A stretch of DNA of 32,000 nucleotides from Megasphaera elsdenii DSM 20460 (GCF_003010495.1 NZ_CP027570.1:2130001-2162000); one strand, 5' to 3'; counted from the first letter of the stretch, positions 1-10,345 are shown. The notes: generated by a model from the sequence alone, not told the origin. A program made the numbers and translations.

Positions 1-620
1 GGCCCGATGGGGCAGAAGGTATCCAGGCTCTTGCCGTGGAACCACTGGACGTGGTTGGCCTGCAGGTCCCGGGCCGTGACGTCGTTGAGGATAGTGAAAC
101 CGTAGACGTGGTCCATGGCTTCGCCGACGGTGATGTCCGAACCTTCCTTGCCGATGATGACGGCCAGTTCGCCTTCATAGTCGACTTGAGATGTGACGTT
201 CGTATGGGGGTCGATGAGGTCATCCGGGCCGATGACCGACGACGTAGCCTTGGTGAAGATGACCGGATATTTTGGCGGTTTAGGCATGGCTGTCTTGTCA
301 AATTCGGCAATGTGTTCCGTATAGTTCTTGCCGATACAGAAAATATTCCGTTCCATATGGGGGATAGGGGCCATGATGCGTATCGTATCGAGCGGTTTGG
401 CCTTGACGGCGCCCGTCTTTTCGTTCTGTTCCAGCGCATCGGCCAGGGCCAGCAGGCCGTCGTTGCCTTGACGGATGAATTCCAGCATCGTTTCCGGAAG
501 GGGCGTAAAGAAAGCTTCTTCCAGGGCAATAGCCCCGTAGACCCCGTCTTCCGCTTCATTCAGGACGCCCCATTGGACGAACCCGAGGTCTTCAAAAGTG
601 ACAAGTTTTTTTATCATCAT
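1..620 (-). CDS. Fumarylacetoacetate hydrolase (FAH) family protein; the C-terminal part lies outside the window
   Basis: Absent from the ORF track because it runs off the window edge. The reverse-strand translation from ATG (620-618) reads MMIKKLVTFEDLGF...MAPIPHMERNIFCIGKNYTEHIAEF...KYPVIFTKATSSVIGP...VDYEGELAVIIGKEG...FTILNDVTARDLQ...WFHGKSLDTFCPIG. These are typical FAH-fold motifs. A GGAG SD lies at 631-634 (complement). The + ORF 36..677 is its antisense shadow. Confidence 0.85.
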   Translation of the reverse strand, partial: MMIKKLVTFEDLGFVQWGVLNEAEDGVYGAIALEEAFFTPLPETMLEFIRQGNDGLLALADALEQNEKTGAVKAKPLDTIRIMAPIPHMERNIFCIGKNYTEHIAEFDKTAMPKPPKYPVIFTKATSSVIGPDDLIDPHTNVTSQVDYEGELAVIIGKEGSDITVGEAMDHVYGFTILNDVTARDLQANHVQWFHGKSLDTFCPIG

Positions 621-651
621 AAAAATTCGACTCCTTTACTCATGATAACTT

Positions 652-680
652 ATTATAGCATGACCACTAAAGAATGACTA
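652..680 (-). promoter_or_regulatory. Candidate sigma-70 promoter of the FAH gene
   Basis: On the minus strand: TAGTCA (680-675), a 17 nt spacer, then TGcTATAAT (660-652, extended -10). It sits about 30 nt upstream of the ATG at 620. Confidence 0.4.
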
Positions 681-779
681 GCGTAGCGGGATGCTCCGCC
701 GTGAAATTCAACCACATCCTGTTCTTTGGCATAATTTCAGGTTTTACGAGCCATGGACTATGAACGATTGCTTTTTCTT

Positions 780-995
780 GGACTCAGATGCGGCTATGCC
801 GCGACAGACTCAAGCCGACAACGACGCTTCGGGAAGCCCTCAGCGCGTAGCGGGCCGCCCTCTGGGACAGCCCCTACGGAATCGCAGTCAGGCGATGGGA
901 ACAGTCTGCAGATGGCAGGCTGCGCGGTTCTACAGAACGCAAAAAGACACGGCCATTGGCCGTATGCGTAGGGGCCGTCCCAACGGGCGGCCCGC
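780..995 (+). repeat. Structured GC-rich intergenic repeat, copy A (modules M1-M2-M3 plus an inverted M3)
   Basis: Positions 780-878 align with 10371-10474. The alignment includes an identical 23-mer, CCCTCAGCGCGTAGCGGGCCGCC (837-859 = 10431-10453), and an identical 10-mer, ACAACGACGC (818-827 = 10411-10420). Positions 967-995 are an inverted copy of 850-878 (26/29 matches). Confidence 0.65.
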
Positions 996-1090
996 CTGAT
1001 AGAGAGTGTACACACTATGCATGATGGGAGATGCATAAAGAATACCACATATACCAGAAGAGTTATATCTACGATTCCTAAGGTTAACGT

Positions 1091-1127
1091 AAAAAAAGGG
1101 GCTGTCTGAATGTGGCAGTCCCTTTTT
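1091..1127. terminator. Bidirectional intrinsic terminator downstream of gdhA
   Basis: A7 (1091-1097), stem GGGGCTGTC (1098-1106) / GGCAGTCCC (1114-1122), a 7 nt loop, then T5 (1123-1127). On the + strand the stem is 9 bp with two G-U pairs. On the minus (gdhA) strand those pairs become A-C mismatches, but a U7 tract follows. Confidence 0.65.
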
Positions 1128-1152
1128 ATATCTACTTATTATTAAATTATTA

Positions 1153-2646
<1,494 letters not shown>

Positions 2647-2691
2647 TTAAAATAATAAAATTCGAAAAACGAATCATAAACTTCGTCCCGA

Positions 2692-2721
2692 CTGGCAGGG
2701 TGGGCGGAAGCGTAGTATAAT
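2692..2721 (+). promoter_or_regulatory. Candidate promoter of the PHP-amidase pair
   Basis: cTGGCA (2692-2697), an 18 nt spacer, then TATAAT (2716-2721), about 33 nt upstream of the ATG at 2754. Confidence 0.4.
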
Positions 2722-2753
2722 AGGGGCGATGTTTGAAGAAAGGAAGTGCATAT

Positions 2754-3665
2754 ATGGAAACATGGCTTGATTTGCATATGCATACCAAATACAGCATGGA
2801 TGGCCAGTTCGAGCCAGCCGATTTGATGCGCCAGTGTGCCCAGGCCGGTGTGACGACGGTCGCCGTGACCGACCATGATTCGGTCCGGGCCATCCCGGAA
2901 GCACGGGATGAAGCGGCCCGGCTGGGGCTGAACCTGGTGCCGGGTATCGAAATCAGCTGTCAGTATGAAGGGAAGAATTTCCATCTCCTCGGCTATGGCA
3001 TCCACGCAGAAGATACTGTTTTTGCGGCCATTGAAAAAGATGTATACAGTCAGCGCCGGGCCATTTCGGAGAAAATCCTCGATGCTGTCGAAGCCTTGGG
3101 CGTCGTCCTCGACAGGCCGGCTATTTGGGCGCTCTGCAGCGGCGATGCCATTGCGTCGGTCCACATCGCCCGCGTCGCCCTGGCGGATCCGCGCAACGCG
3201 GATTGTCCCGTCCTAGCACCGTACCGGCCGGGAGGTGCCAGAAGCGATGCGCCGTATGTCAATTTCGGCTGGGATATCTGCGGTCAGGGAGGGCCGGCTT
3301 TCGTGCCCATGACCTTCATGGCCTTCGACCGTGCCGTCGCTATCATCCACGACCATGGCGGCGTCGCCGTCCTGGCTCATCCCGGAGCCAATATGAAACA
3401 GAATCGTCCCTTGACGGAGAAGCTCATTGCCACAGGTCTCGACGGCCTCGAAGCGTATTGCAGCTACCACGATGAGGGGACGAGCGATTTTTACCGCCGC
3501 ATCGCCGACGAGTACGGTTTGATGGCGACCTTGGGCAGCGACTATCACGGCCGGGCCAAGCCGCACATCCAGCTCGGGACCTACGGCCATCCGGCTCCGC
3601 AGGCCTTGTGGGACCGGCTCTGCCAAAAAATCAAACAACAACATGGGGAAGTGTATGTATCGTGA
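2754..3665 (+). CDS. PHP-domain phosphoesterase (TrpH/YciV-like)
   Basis: The N-terminus is METWLDLHMHTKYSMDG, followed by AVTDHD, GIEISC and a C-terminal GSDYHG; these are the PHP metal-binding motifs. I preferred the ATG at 2754 (AGGAAG SD at 2741-2746) over the TTG at 2733 used by the track. Confidence 0.85.
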   Translation: METWLDLHMHTKYSMDGQFEPADLMRQCAQAGVTTVAVTDHDSVRAIPEARDEAARLGLNLVPGIEISCQYEGKNFHLLGYGIHAEDTVFAAIEKDVYSQRRAISEKILDAVEALGVVLDRPAIWALCSGDAIASVHIARVALADPRNADCPVLAPYRPGGARSDAPYVNFGWDICGQGGPAFVPMTFMAFDRAVAIIHDHGGVAVLAHPGANMKQNRPLTEKLIATGLDGLEAYCSYHDEGTSDFYRRIADEYGLMATLGSDYHGRAKPHIQLGTYGHPAPQALWDRLCQKIKQQHGEVYVS

Positions 3666-4606
3666 AAACGAAAAAAATGATATCCGCCCTGGCCTTGACG
3701 GTGTGCCTGGCCCTGGGCATGACGACCGGTTCTTTTGCGAGTCCTGTCAGTGAAGAAGGCGCGGCCTATACGACGGGCGTAGCCAGTGTCGATCAGCATA
3801 TGGATGCCGCGGCCAAGGCCAGGGCGAAAGCCGCCAAGGCTTCCAAGAAAGACGGGAAAATGAAAAAGGATCAGTCTGGGAAAACGGAAGCCGCAACACC
3901 TGGCACGACGAGTACCGCCGCCAGAATGACGGCGGTGGCCAGTGTACCGCGGTCGGCCAAACCAGCCGGAGCCCGCGGCGTCATGCGCAATTATAATCCC
4001 GTCACCGATGCGGCACCGGCCGAACCGATGGCTGTCAAGGAAACACATTTCCAGTTCCGGGAAACGCTGCTCCTGCGGCCGAAGACGGACATGATCGTTA
4101 TCCATCACGTCGGCATCCCCGATGGGGATACGTCGGCAGCGGCTATCCACCGCGCCCATTTGGCCAACGGCTGGGCTGGCATCGGTTATCATTACGTCAT
4201 CCGCAAAGACGGGACCATTGAACGGGGCCGCCCGCTGGCTACGGTCGGTGCCCACGCTGAAGGGCAGAACTACCATACCGTCGGCATCAACGTGACGGGC
4301 AATTTTGAAAAAGAAATCCCCACGCCGGCCCAGATCCACTCGTTGGAAGGGCTGGTCGCCTGGATCTGCAAGACCTACAGCATCGTGCCGGGACCGTCTA
4401 CCATCGTAGGCCATCGCGACGTCAACAGCACGGACTGCCCGGGACGCAACCTCTACAGCCTGCTGCCGCAGATCCGCAAGGATGTTGCCCGGAAGCTGAA
4501 CGGCATGGATTCGTCCTATGAAGATAAGCTGAAAAAGACGAATTTCCTCAAGATGAGCCGCAAAGAACGGGAAGCTATCATCATGCAGGGCGCATCAGTC
4601 CTGTGA
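3662..4606 (+). CDS. Secreted N-acetylmuramoyl-L-alanine amidase (Amidase_2 / PGRP-type)
   Basis: Amidase_2 motifs are present: IVIHHVG, GIGYHYVIRKDGTIERGR, GAHAEGQNYHTVGI and GHRDVNSTDCPG. The N-terminus (V)KTKKMISALALTVCLALGMTTGSFA looks like a signal peptide. The GTG at 3662 overlaps the PHP stop (GTGA). The ATG at 3677 is an alternative start. Confidence 0.85.
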   Translation: MKTKKMISALALTVCLALGMTTGSFASPVSEEGAAYTTGVASVDQHMDAAAKARAKAAKASKKDGKMKKDQSGKTEAATPGTTSTAARMTAVASVPRSAKPAGARGVMRNYNPVTDAAPAEPMAVKETHFQFRETLLLRPKTDMIVIHHVGIPDGDTSAAAIHRAHLANGWAGIGYHYVIRKDGTIERGRPLATVGAHAEGQNYHTVGINVTGNFEKEIPTPAQIHSLEGLVAWICKTYSIVPGPSTIVGHRDVNSTDCPGRNLYSLLPQIRKDVARKLNGMDSSYEDKLKKTNFLKMSRKEREAIIMQGASVL

Positions 4607-4612
4607 TACCCA

Positions 4613-4642
4613 TTGGCAGAGGCCAGTGAAGTATGATATAAT
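4613..4642 (+). promoter_or_regulatory. Candidate promoter upstream of mfd
   Basis: TTGGCA (4613-4618), an 18 nt spacer, then TGaTATAAT (4634-4642, extended -10). Confidence 0.5.
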
Positions 4643-4671
4643 CAAATAGTTAACCAATTCAATTACAATAA

Positions 4672-4705
4672 GGGCTGCACAGGGACCATCTCCCTGTGAC
4701 AGCCC
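4672..4705 (+). other. Strong hairpin between the amidase gene and mfd (weak terminator or mfd leader structure)
   Basis: GGGCTGCACAGGGA (4672-4685), loop CCATC, then TCCCTGTGACAGCCC (4691-4705). This gives 14 Watson-Crick pairs with one bulged A. It is followed by CAATTTGTC, which is a poor U tract. Confidence 0.45.
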
Positions 4706-4730
4706 CAATTTGTCATGAGGTAAAAATGAT

Positions 4731-7700
4731 ATGAAGCAATTCTTTCAATGGATGAATCAAGATGAAAATATCCGCGAGGCTGTGACTGCGTTTTCTCAGC
4801 CGGGCTGCCATAGCATCTATGGTCTCAGCGGCTCGGTCAAGAGCGCCCTCGTCGCCAAGGCCTTGACGGAACGGCCGGGACAGGCTGTCCTTGTCGTCCC
4901 GTCGCGGGAACAGGCAGCGTCCTGGCGGGCAGACCTGGCCTTTTTGGCTCCGGACCTGCCGGTCCTGGACTTTCCCGTTGTCGACAAGGCCGTCTTCACG
5001 ACGACGGCCAAGAGCCTTGACCGGACGGCCCGGCAGATGGAAGCCCTGGGACGCCTGCGTCAGGGGGACCGCCTCCTGATTCTGGCGGCACCGGAAGAAG
5101 CCGCCCAGTACGTCATGGCGCCGCAGCGCATCGATGCCGCGGCTATCGACGTCGCCATCCATCAGGAGTACGACCGCGATGAGCTGCTGCAGTACCTCGT
5201 CGACGCCGGCTATGAACGGGTGGACCTGGTCGAACGGCGCGGCCATTTTTCCGTCCGCGGCGATATCGTCGATATCTACGCCGTCAATGAACCGCAGCCG
5301 CTGCGCCTGGAATTTTTTGGTGATGAACTGGACAGCCTGCGCACGTTCGATGTGGACAGCCAGAAATCACAGGAACAGCGGGAGAAAGCCCGGATCCTGC
5401 CCATTTCCCTGACGGTCCAGGATGATGAAAAATACACCCTTCTGGATTATGCTGAACAGGGCGTCATCATCTGGGATGAACCGAACCGCGTCCGCGAAGG
5501 CTTGAAGAAAATCCTCAAGGAATCGGATGACTATAAAGGCCGCCTGGCCTCCTGGAAGAACCTGGCAGGCGCTGAACGCCCAGGTCCGCAGCTCATCTTG
5601 TCGCTCATGGCCCAGTCCGTGCCGGACATGGTAGTGGACACGTCGGCCAGCTTTGCTGCCAAGATGATGGCCAGTTTCCAGAAGCAGTTCAACCTCCTGG
5701 AAGAAGAAGTGGACCATTGGCGGTCGTTAGGGAATACCCTCCTCTTCGTCATCAGCAGCCGCGACCGGCGGGCTTCGCTCCAGGCCTGGATGAAGCAGCA
5801 CGAATTGCCGTTCCGTGACTATGACGAGGCCCAGAGCCCGGCCGGCGGGATCTACGTCGTCGAAGGGGAAATCCACGACGGTTTCGAACTGCCCTATGCC
5901 AAGGTCGTCGTCGTCGCCGAACGGGATGTCTTCGGCACGCAGAAGCGGCGCCTGCGCCATCATGCGGCCAAAGGCCAGGAAATCAACGTCTTTACGGACC
6001 TCAAGCCCGGCGATTACGTCGTCCATGAAGTCCACGGCATTGGCCGCTACATCGGCATCAAGACCATTGAAATGGATGGCGTCCATAAGGATTACCTGGA
6101 AATCCACTATGCCGGCAAGGACATCCTCTACGTGCCGACAGACCAGTTGTCCCTGTTGCAGCGCTATATCGGTAACGAAGGGGATACGCCGAAACTGCAG
6201 AAAATGGGCGGTTCCGACTGGCAGAAGACGCGGGCCAAGGCCCAGAAATCCATTACCGACCTGGCCGAAAAGCTCGTCGCCCTTTATGCCAAGCGGGAAG
6301 TCGTCCAAGGTTATGCCTTTCCGCCGGACACGCCGTTCCAAAAGGAATTTGAAGAAGCCTTTCCTTATGAAGAAACGGAAGATCAGCTGAAAGCCGTCCG
6401 CGACATCAAGGCTAGCATGGAACGGCCGACGCCGATGGACTGCCTGGTCTGCGGCGACGTCGGTTTCGGCAAGACGGAAGTGGCCATGCGGGCCATCTTC
6501 AAAGCCGTCACAGCAGGCAAACAGGTGGCCGTCCTGGTGCCGACGACGGTTTTGTCGCAACAGCATTTCCAGACCTTCATGGAACGCTTCGGCCCCTTTG
6601 GCGTCCACGTCGACGTCCTCAACCGCTTCCGTTCCTATAAAGAAAAGAAAGATATCCTGGCCCGGACCCTGACAGGCGATATCGACGTCCTCATCGGGAC
6701 CCACAGCCTGCTCAATAAAAAGGTCAAGTTCAAGGACCTGGGCCTCTTGGTCGTCGATGAAGAACAGCGCTTCGGCGTTGCCCAGAAAGAAAAATGGAAG
6801 GCCTGGGCCGCCAATATCGATGTCCTGTCCCTGAGCGCGACGCCCATTCCGCGGACGCTGCACATGTCCCTGGTCAACTTGCGGGAAATGTGCGTCATCG
6901 AAACGCCGCCGACCGACCGTTTCCCCGTCCAGACCTATGTGACCGAATACGACGCCCGCATCGTCAGCGATGCCATTATGCGCGAAAAGCGGCGGGGCGG
7001 CCAGGTCTTCTTCGTCTACAACCGCGTCGCGACCATCGAAAAGATGAAAGACCAACTCCAGGCCCTCTTGCCGGACGTGACCATTGGCATTGCCCATGGT
7101 CAGATGGCCGGGAGTCTGTTGGAATCGGTCATGTTCGATTTCTACGAAGGAAAATACGACGTCCTCCTCTGTTCGAGCCTCGTCGAAAATGGCTTGGACG
7201 TAGCCAATGCCAATACGATCATCATTTATGACGCCGACCATTTCGGCCTGTCCCAGCTCTATCAGATGCGCGGCCGCGTCGGCCGGAGCCACCGCATGGC
7301 TTATGCTTATTTCCTCTACCGCCGCGACAAGGTCCTGTCGGAAGTCGCTGAAAAGCGATTGCAGGCCATCAAGGAATTTACCGAACTCGGGTCGGGCTTC
7401 AAGATTGCCATGCGCGACCTGGAAATCCGCGGTGCCGGCAACCTCCTGGGCCGGGAACAGCACGGCAATATCGCCAGCGTCGGTTTTGCCATGTACTGTC
7501 ACATGCTGGAAGATGCCATCGCCAAGGCCCAGACCGGCAAGGACGTGGCGCCGCCACCGCCGGAAACGGTCATGGAAATCCATGTCGACGCCTTCATCGA
7601 CGACGACTATATCCAGAATGGTGGTCAGAAAATCGAAATGTACCAGCGCCTGGCTGTCTTATCGTCGAAAGAGGAACTGGCCGGCCTGCGCCAGGAACTG

Positions 7701-8015
7701 GCCGACCGCTATGGCAAGCCGAGCCAGCCCGTAGAAAAACTCCTGCAGGTCACGGAAACGCGCCTCGATGCCAAGGCTCAGGGCCTGGTACTCATCGCCC
7801 AGAAGAAGGATGTCCTGGAATTGAAATGGCAGCGCGTCGCCGATATGCCGGACCTTCCCAACTTGGAACCGTCCCTGCGCCGCCGTTTCCGCCTGGTGCC
7901 CAATCTGCCCGTCATGGTCCGCGTCTCCCTGGCAGGGATTTCCGACGTCCTGGCCTTCATCCAGACCCTGCTGACGGCTTTTTCATCATTGAGAAAGGGG
8001 AATTCCCTTGAGTAA
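4731..8015 (+). CDS. mfd: Transcription-repair coupling factor
   Basis: The 1094 aa product has a UvrB-homology N-terminus, a CarD/TRCF RNAP-interaction region (DYVVHEVHGIGRYIG), helicase motifs GDVGFGKTEVAMRA and DEEQRFG, and a QLYQMRGRVGRS motif. Confidence 0.97.
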   Translation: MKQFFQWMNQDENIREAVTAFSQPGCHSIYGLSGSVKSALVAKALTERPGQAVLVVPSREQAASWRADLAFLAPDLPVLDFPVVDKAVFTTTAKSLDRTARQMEALGRLRQGDRLLILAAPEEAAQYVMAPQRIDAAAIDVAIHQEYDRDELLQYLVDAGYERVDLVERRGHFSVRGDIVDIYAVNEPQPLRLEFFGDELDSLRTFDVDSQKSQEQREKARILPISLTVQDDEKYTLLDYAEQGVIIWDEPNRVREGLKKILKESDDYKGRLASWKNLAGAERPGPQLILSLMAQSVPDMVVDTSASFAAKMMASFQKQFNLLEEEVDHWRSLGNTLLFVISSRDRRASLQAWMKQHELPFRDYDEAQSPAGGIYVVEGEIHDGFELPYAKVVVVAERDVFGTQKRRLRHHAAKGQEINVFTDLKPGDYVVHEVHGIGRYIGIKTIEMDGVHKDYLEIHYAGKDILYVPTDQLSLLQRYIGNEGDTPKLQKMGGSDWQKTRAKAQKSITDLAEKLVALYAKREVVQGYAFPPDTPFQKEFEEAFPYEETEDQLKAVRDIKASMERPTPMDCLVCGDVGFGKTEVAMRAIFKAVTAGKQVAVLVPTTVLSQQHFQTFMERFGPFGVHVDVLNRFRSYKEKKDILARTLTGDIDVLIGTHSLLNKKVKFKDLGLLVVDEEQRFGVAQKEKWKAWAANIDVLSLSATPIPRTLHMSLVNLREMCVIETPPTDRFPVQTYVTEYDARIVSDAIMREKRRGGQVFFVYNRVATIEKMKDQLQALLPDVTIGIAHGQMAGSLLESVMFDFYEGKYDVLLCSSLVENGLDVANANTIIIYDADHFGLSQLYQMRGRVGRSHRMAYAYFLYRRDKVLSEVAEKRLQAIKEFTELGSGFKIAMRDLEIRGAGNLLGREQHGNIASVGFAMYCHMLEDAIAKAQTGKDVAPPPPETVMEIHVDAFIDDDYIQNGGQKIEMYQRLAVLSSKEELAGLRQELADRYGKPSQPVEKLLQVTETRLDAKAQGLVLIAQKKDVLELKWQRVADMPDLPNLEPSLRRRFRLVPNLPVMVRVSLAGISDVLAFIQTLLTAFSSLRKGNSLE

Positions 8016-9579
8016 GAACTCCTTTTTACGGGGCGCCATGGTCCTCACCATGGCCGGTATCGTCGTCAAGATCTTAGGCGGGCTGAACCGTATTTTATTG
8101 TCGCGCCTCTTGGGCGGCGAGGGCATCGGCCTCTATCAGATGGCTTATCCTGTCTATATCCTGCTTTTGAGCATCATCGGCGCAGGGATTCCCATTGCCG
8201 TGTCCATCATGATCGCTGAAGAAGCGGCCAAAGGCCATTACAGTGGCGTCCGCCGTATCTTCCATGTGACCCTGGCCTTTATGACTGTCGTTGCTGTCGT
8301 TTGCGGCTTGGCCCTGCCTTTTGGCGCCCATGGCCTGGTCGAAGTGGGCATCGTCCGTGATGGCCGGGCCTTCCCGGCCCTGGCCGTGTTGGCACCGGCT
8401 TTGACTTTATCCGTCATAGCCTGCTGCTTCCGCGGTTATTTCCAGGGTCTGCAGCTCATGACGCCGACCGCCTTGTCCCAGATGGCGGATCAATTCGTCC
8501 GGGTTTGCACCATGCTCGTTTTGGCCTGGCTCCTGCTGCCGAAGGGGCTGGAGTGGGCCGCAGCCGGTGCGGCCTTTGGTGCCATCCCCGGGGCGGCTGC
8601 CGGGCTGCTGCTCATCACCTTCTTATATTACCGCTACAGCCGCCAGCCTATGCCCGAAGATGACGGCGTCTTCCGCGTCCAGTCGCCACGGCGCATCATC
8701 CGCCGGCTCATTGTCCTGGCCGTGCCCGTGGCGGCAGCCAATATGCTCCTGCCGGCCGTGGCCAGCATCGACTTGTTCATCGTGCCCTTGCGCCTGGAAG
8801 CGGCTGGCTACAGTACGCATGAAGCGACGGCCCTCTATGGCTACCTGACGGGTATGGCCAACGGCCTGGTCCAGCTGCCGGCCATCTTGACCATCGCCTT
8901 GGCGACGAGCCTCGTCCCGGCCGTATCGGCGGCTTTTTCCCGTCATGACCGGGACGTCATCCTCGACCGGACCGACACGGCTATGCGCATTGCCAACGTC
9001 ATCACCGTACCGGCCTGCCTGGGCCTGGCCGTCCTGGCCGTGCCCATTTCCCGGCTCCTCTACGCGACGCCGGCAGCGGGACCGGCTATCTGCGTCCTGT
9101 CCATTTCCGTCTTCCTCGTCGGTCTCCAGCAGATTACCAGCGGCCTCCTGCAGGGCATGGGCCATACGGCGGTCCCCCTGTACAATATGGCTGCTGCAGC
9201 CGTTGTCAAAATCGTCCTCAGCTGGCATCTGACGGCCATTCCCTGGCTGGGTGAAGTCGGCGCCGCCTGGGCGACCAATGCCGACCTGGCTGTCGCGACG
9301 GCGCTCAACTTGTACTTTGCCCATAAATACATCGCCTACCGCGTCCAATGGCGCTACGTGGGTAAACTCTTCCTGGCCGGTGCCGCCATGGCCGGTACGG
9401 CCTGGCTCGTCCATCACGCCCTGATCGTCCTCTTCGGCAACGCCGCAGCCACCCTCATCGCCATGATGGCCGCCGCCCTGGTCTACCTCATAGGCCTCAT
9501 CGTCTTCCGGGCCCTGACCGTCGAAGACATCGAAAAGATTCCCGTCATCGGGAAAAAAGTGAGCCGGCGGATACCTTGA
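8008..9579 (+). CDS. MOP-superfamily polysaccharide/lipid II flippase (SpoVB/YabM/MurJ-like)
   Basis: The 523 aa polytopic membrane protein starts MSKNSFLRGAMVLTMAGIVVKILGGLNRILLSRLLGGEGIGLYQMAYPVY, typical of SpoVB/MurJ-like proteins. The TTG start at 8008 has an AAAGGGG SD 7 nt upstream and overlaps the mfd stop by 8 nt. Its position after mfd matches Firmicute synteny. Confidence 0.88.
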   Translation: MSKNSFLRGAMVLTMAGIVVKILGGLNRILLSRLLGGEGIGLYQMAYPVYILLLSIIGAGIPIAVSIMIAEEAAKGHYSGVRRIFHVTLAFMTVVAVVCGLALPFGAHGLVEVGIVRDGRAFPALAVLAPALTLSVIACCFRGYFQGLQLMTPTALSQMADQFVRVCTMLVLAWLLLPKGLEWAAAGAAFGAIPGAAAGLLLITFLYYRYSRQPMPEDDGVFRVQSPRRIIRRLIVLAVPVAAANMLLPAVASIDLFIVPLRLEAAGYSTHEATALYGYLTGMANGLVQLPAILTIALATSLVPAVSAAFSRHDRDVILDRTDTAMRIANVITVPACLGLAVLAVPISRLLYATPAAGPAICVLSISVFLVGLQQITSGLLQGMGHTAVPLYNMAAAAVVKIVLSWHLTAIPWLGEVGAAWATNADLAVATALNLYFAHKYIAYRVQWRYVGKLFLAGAAMAGTAWLVHHALIVLFGNAAATLIAMMAAALVYLIGLIVFRALTVEDIEKIPVIGKKVSRRIP

Positions 9580-9608
9580 AGTTCGCCGGCATCTGTTTTT
9601 ATTTTTTT
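9563..9608 (+). terminator. Candidate intrinsic terminator after the flippase gene
   Basis: GCCGGCG (9563-9569), a 14 nt loop, CGCCGGC (9584-9590), then a T-rich tail (ATCTGTTTTTATTTTTTT). The large loop and the 5 nt gap before the T run lower my confidence. Confidence 0.45.
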
Positions 9609-9625
9609 AGAAAGGCGGGAGTTTT

Positions 9626-10345
9626 TTGTTTCCAGGAATAGGTGTTTTAGCGAATGTATTGGGCATTGTCGGTGGTGGACTCTTGGGGCTGGGGTGCGGA
9701 CGGCTGATATCAGAGCGTTTCCAAAAGGCCATCATGATGGCCTGCGCTGTGGCGGTCATATTCCTCGGTTTGACGGGAACGGTCAAAGAGATGCTGCAAA
9801 TCGGCGCTGATGGGGGAGTGACGCTCGTCGGGACGAACTGTATGCTTGCGAGTCTCATCGGTGGTGCAGTCATCGGTGAAGCCATCGACCTCGAAGACCG
9901 CATGGAGCGTTTCGGGCACTGGCTCCAGCAGAAGACGGGCAGTGGCGGTGACACGCGATTCGTCGAAGGCTTCGTCACGGCATCCCTGACAGTCTGCATC
10001 GGTGCCATGGCCGTCATCGGTTCTATCAACGACCGCCTGCTCAGTGACCCCTCTGTCCTGTTCGCCAAGACGGTAATCGATGCCGTCATCGTCATGATCA
10101 TGACATCGGCGCTGGGCAAGGGCTGCATCTTTTCCGCAATTTCTGTCGGCATCTTCCAGGGAATCATCTTCCTGCTGGCCGGCTTTCTCGAACCTATCAT
10201 GACGCCTGCTGCTCTAAAGAGCCTCAGCGCCGTCGGCAATATCCTGATTTTCTGTGTCGGCACGAACCTCTTCGGCCTGCCTCACGTGCGCATTGCCAAC
10301 CTGCTGCCGGCACTCGTCATCGCTGTCGTGTGGGTGCTGGTCTGA
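9626..10345 (+). CDS. DUF554 family membrane protein (YdfK/YqgA-like)
   Basis: The 239 aa hydrophobic protein starts MFPGIGVLANVLGIVGGGLLG, followed by TASLTVCIGAMAVIGSI, which I recognise as DUF554-like. The start is a TTG with an AGGCGGGAG SD region upstream. Confidence 0.8.
   Translation: MFPGIGVLANVLGIVGGGLLGLGCGRLISERFQKAIMMACAVAVIFLGLTGTVKEMLQIGADGGVTLVGTNCMLASLIGGAVIGEAIDLEDRMERFGHWLQQKTGSGGDTRFVEGFVTASLTVCIGAMAVIGSINDRLLSDPSVLFAKTVIDAVIVMIMTSALGKGCIFSAISVGIFQGIIFLLAGFLEPIMTPAALKSLSAVGNILIFCVGTNLFGLPHVRIANLLPALVIAVVWVLV

Noticed and set aside
691-1048. ORFs 691..999 (+), 753..971 (+) and 794..1048 (-) in the gdhA-FAH spacer, and ORF 10330..10563 (+) after the DUF554 gene
   Set aside because: They lie entirely within the GC-rich repeat copies. 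Their shared peptide (PQRVAGR) merely reflects the repeated 23-mer. They have no SD and a Pro/Arg/Gly-rich composition, so the repeat or RNA interpretation explains them better.
3662-4606. The Amidase_2 gene as a sign of a prophage or lysis module
   Set aside because: It has a signal peptide and is stop-start coupled to a housekeeping-type PHP gene. It sits between gdhA and mfd, with no holin, integrase, or capsid/tail genes nearby.
5727-7583. 618 aa ORF on the minus strand inside mfd. Similar long antisense ORFs occur at 23464..25644 (inside ppk), 12227..13783 and 14186..15052 (inside the RND pump), 21861..23051 (inside ppx), 1414..2523 (inside gdhA), 18392..19087 and 36..677.
   Set aside because: Each lies opposite a gene with unmistakable family motifs. 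Their translations are low-complexity strings rich in D, R, G, V, F and A, typical of the antisense frame of GC3-biased genes. None has a convincing SD or recognisable motifs.
8008-9579. The SpoVB-like gene as evidence of a sporulation locus
   Set aside because: Only the MOP flippase fold can be inferred. No other sporulation genes (spoVT, spoVG and so on) are in the window, and these flippases also occur in non-sporulating Firmicutes.
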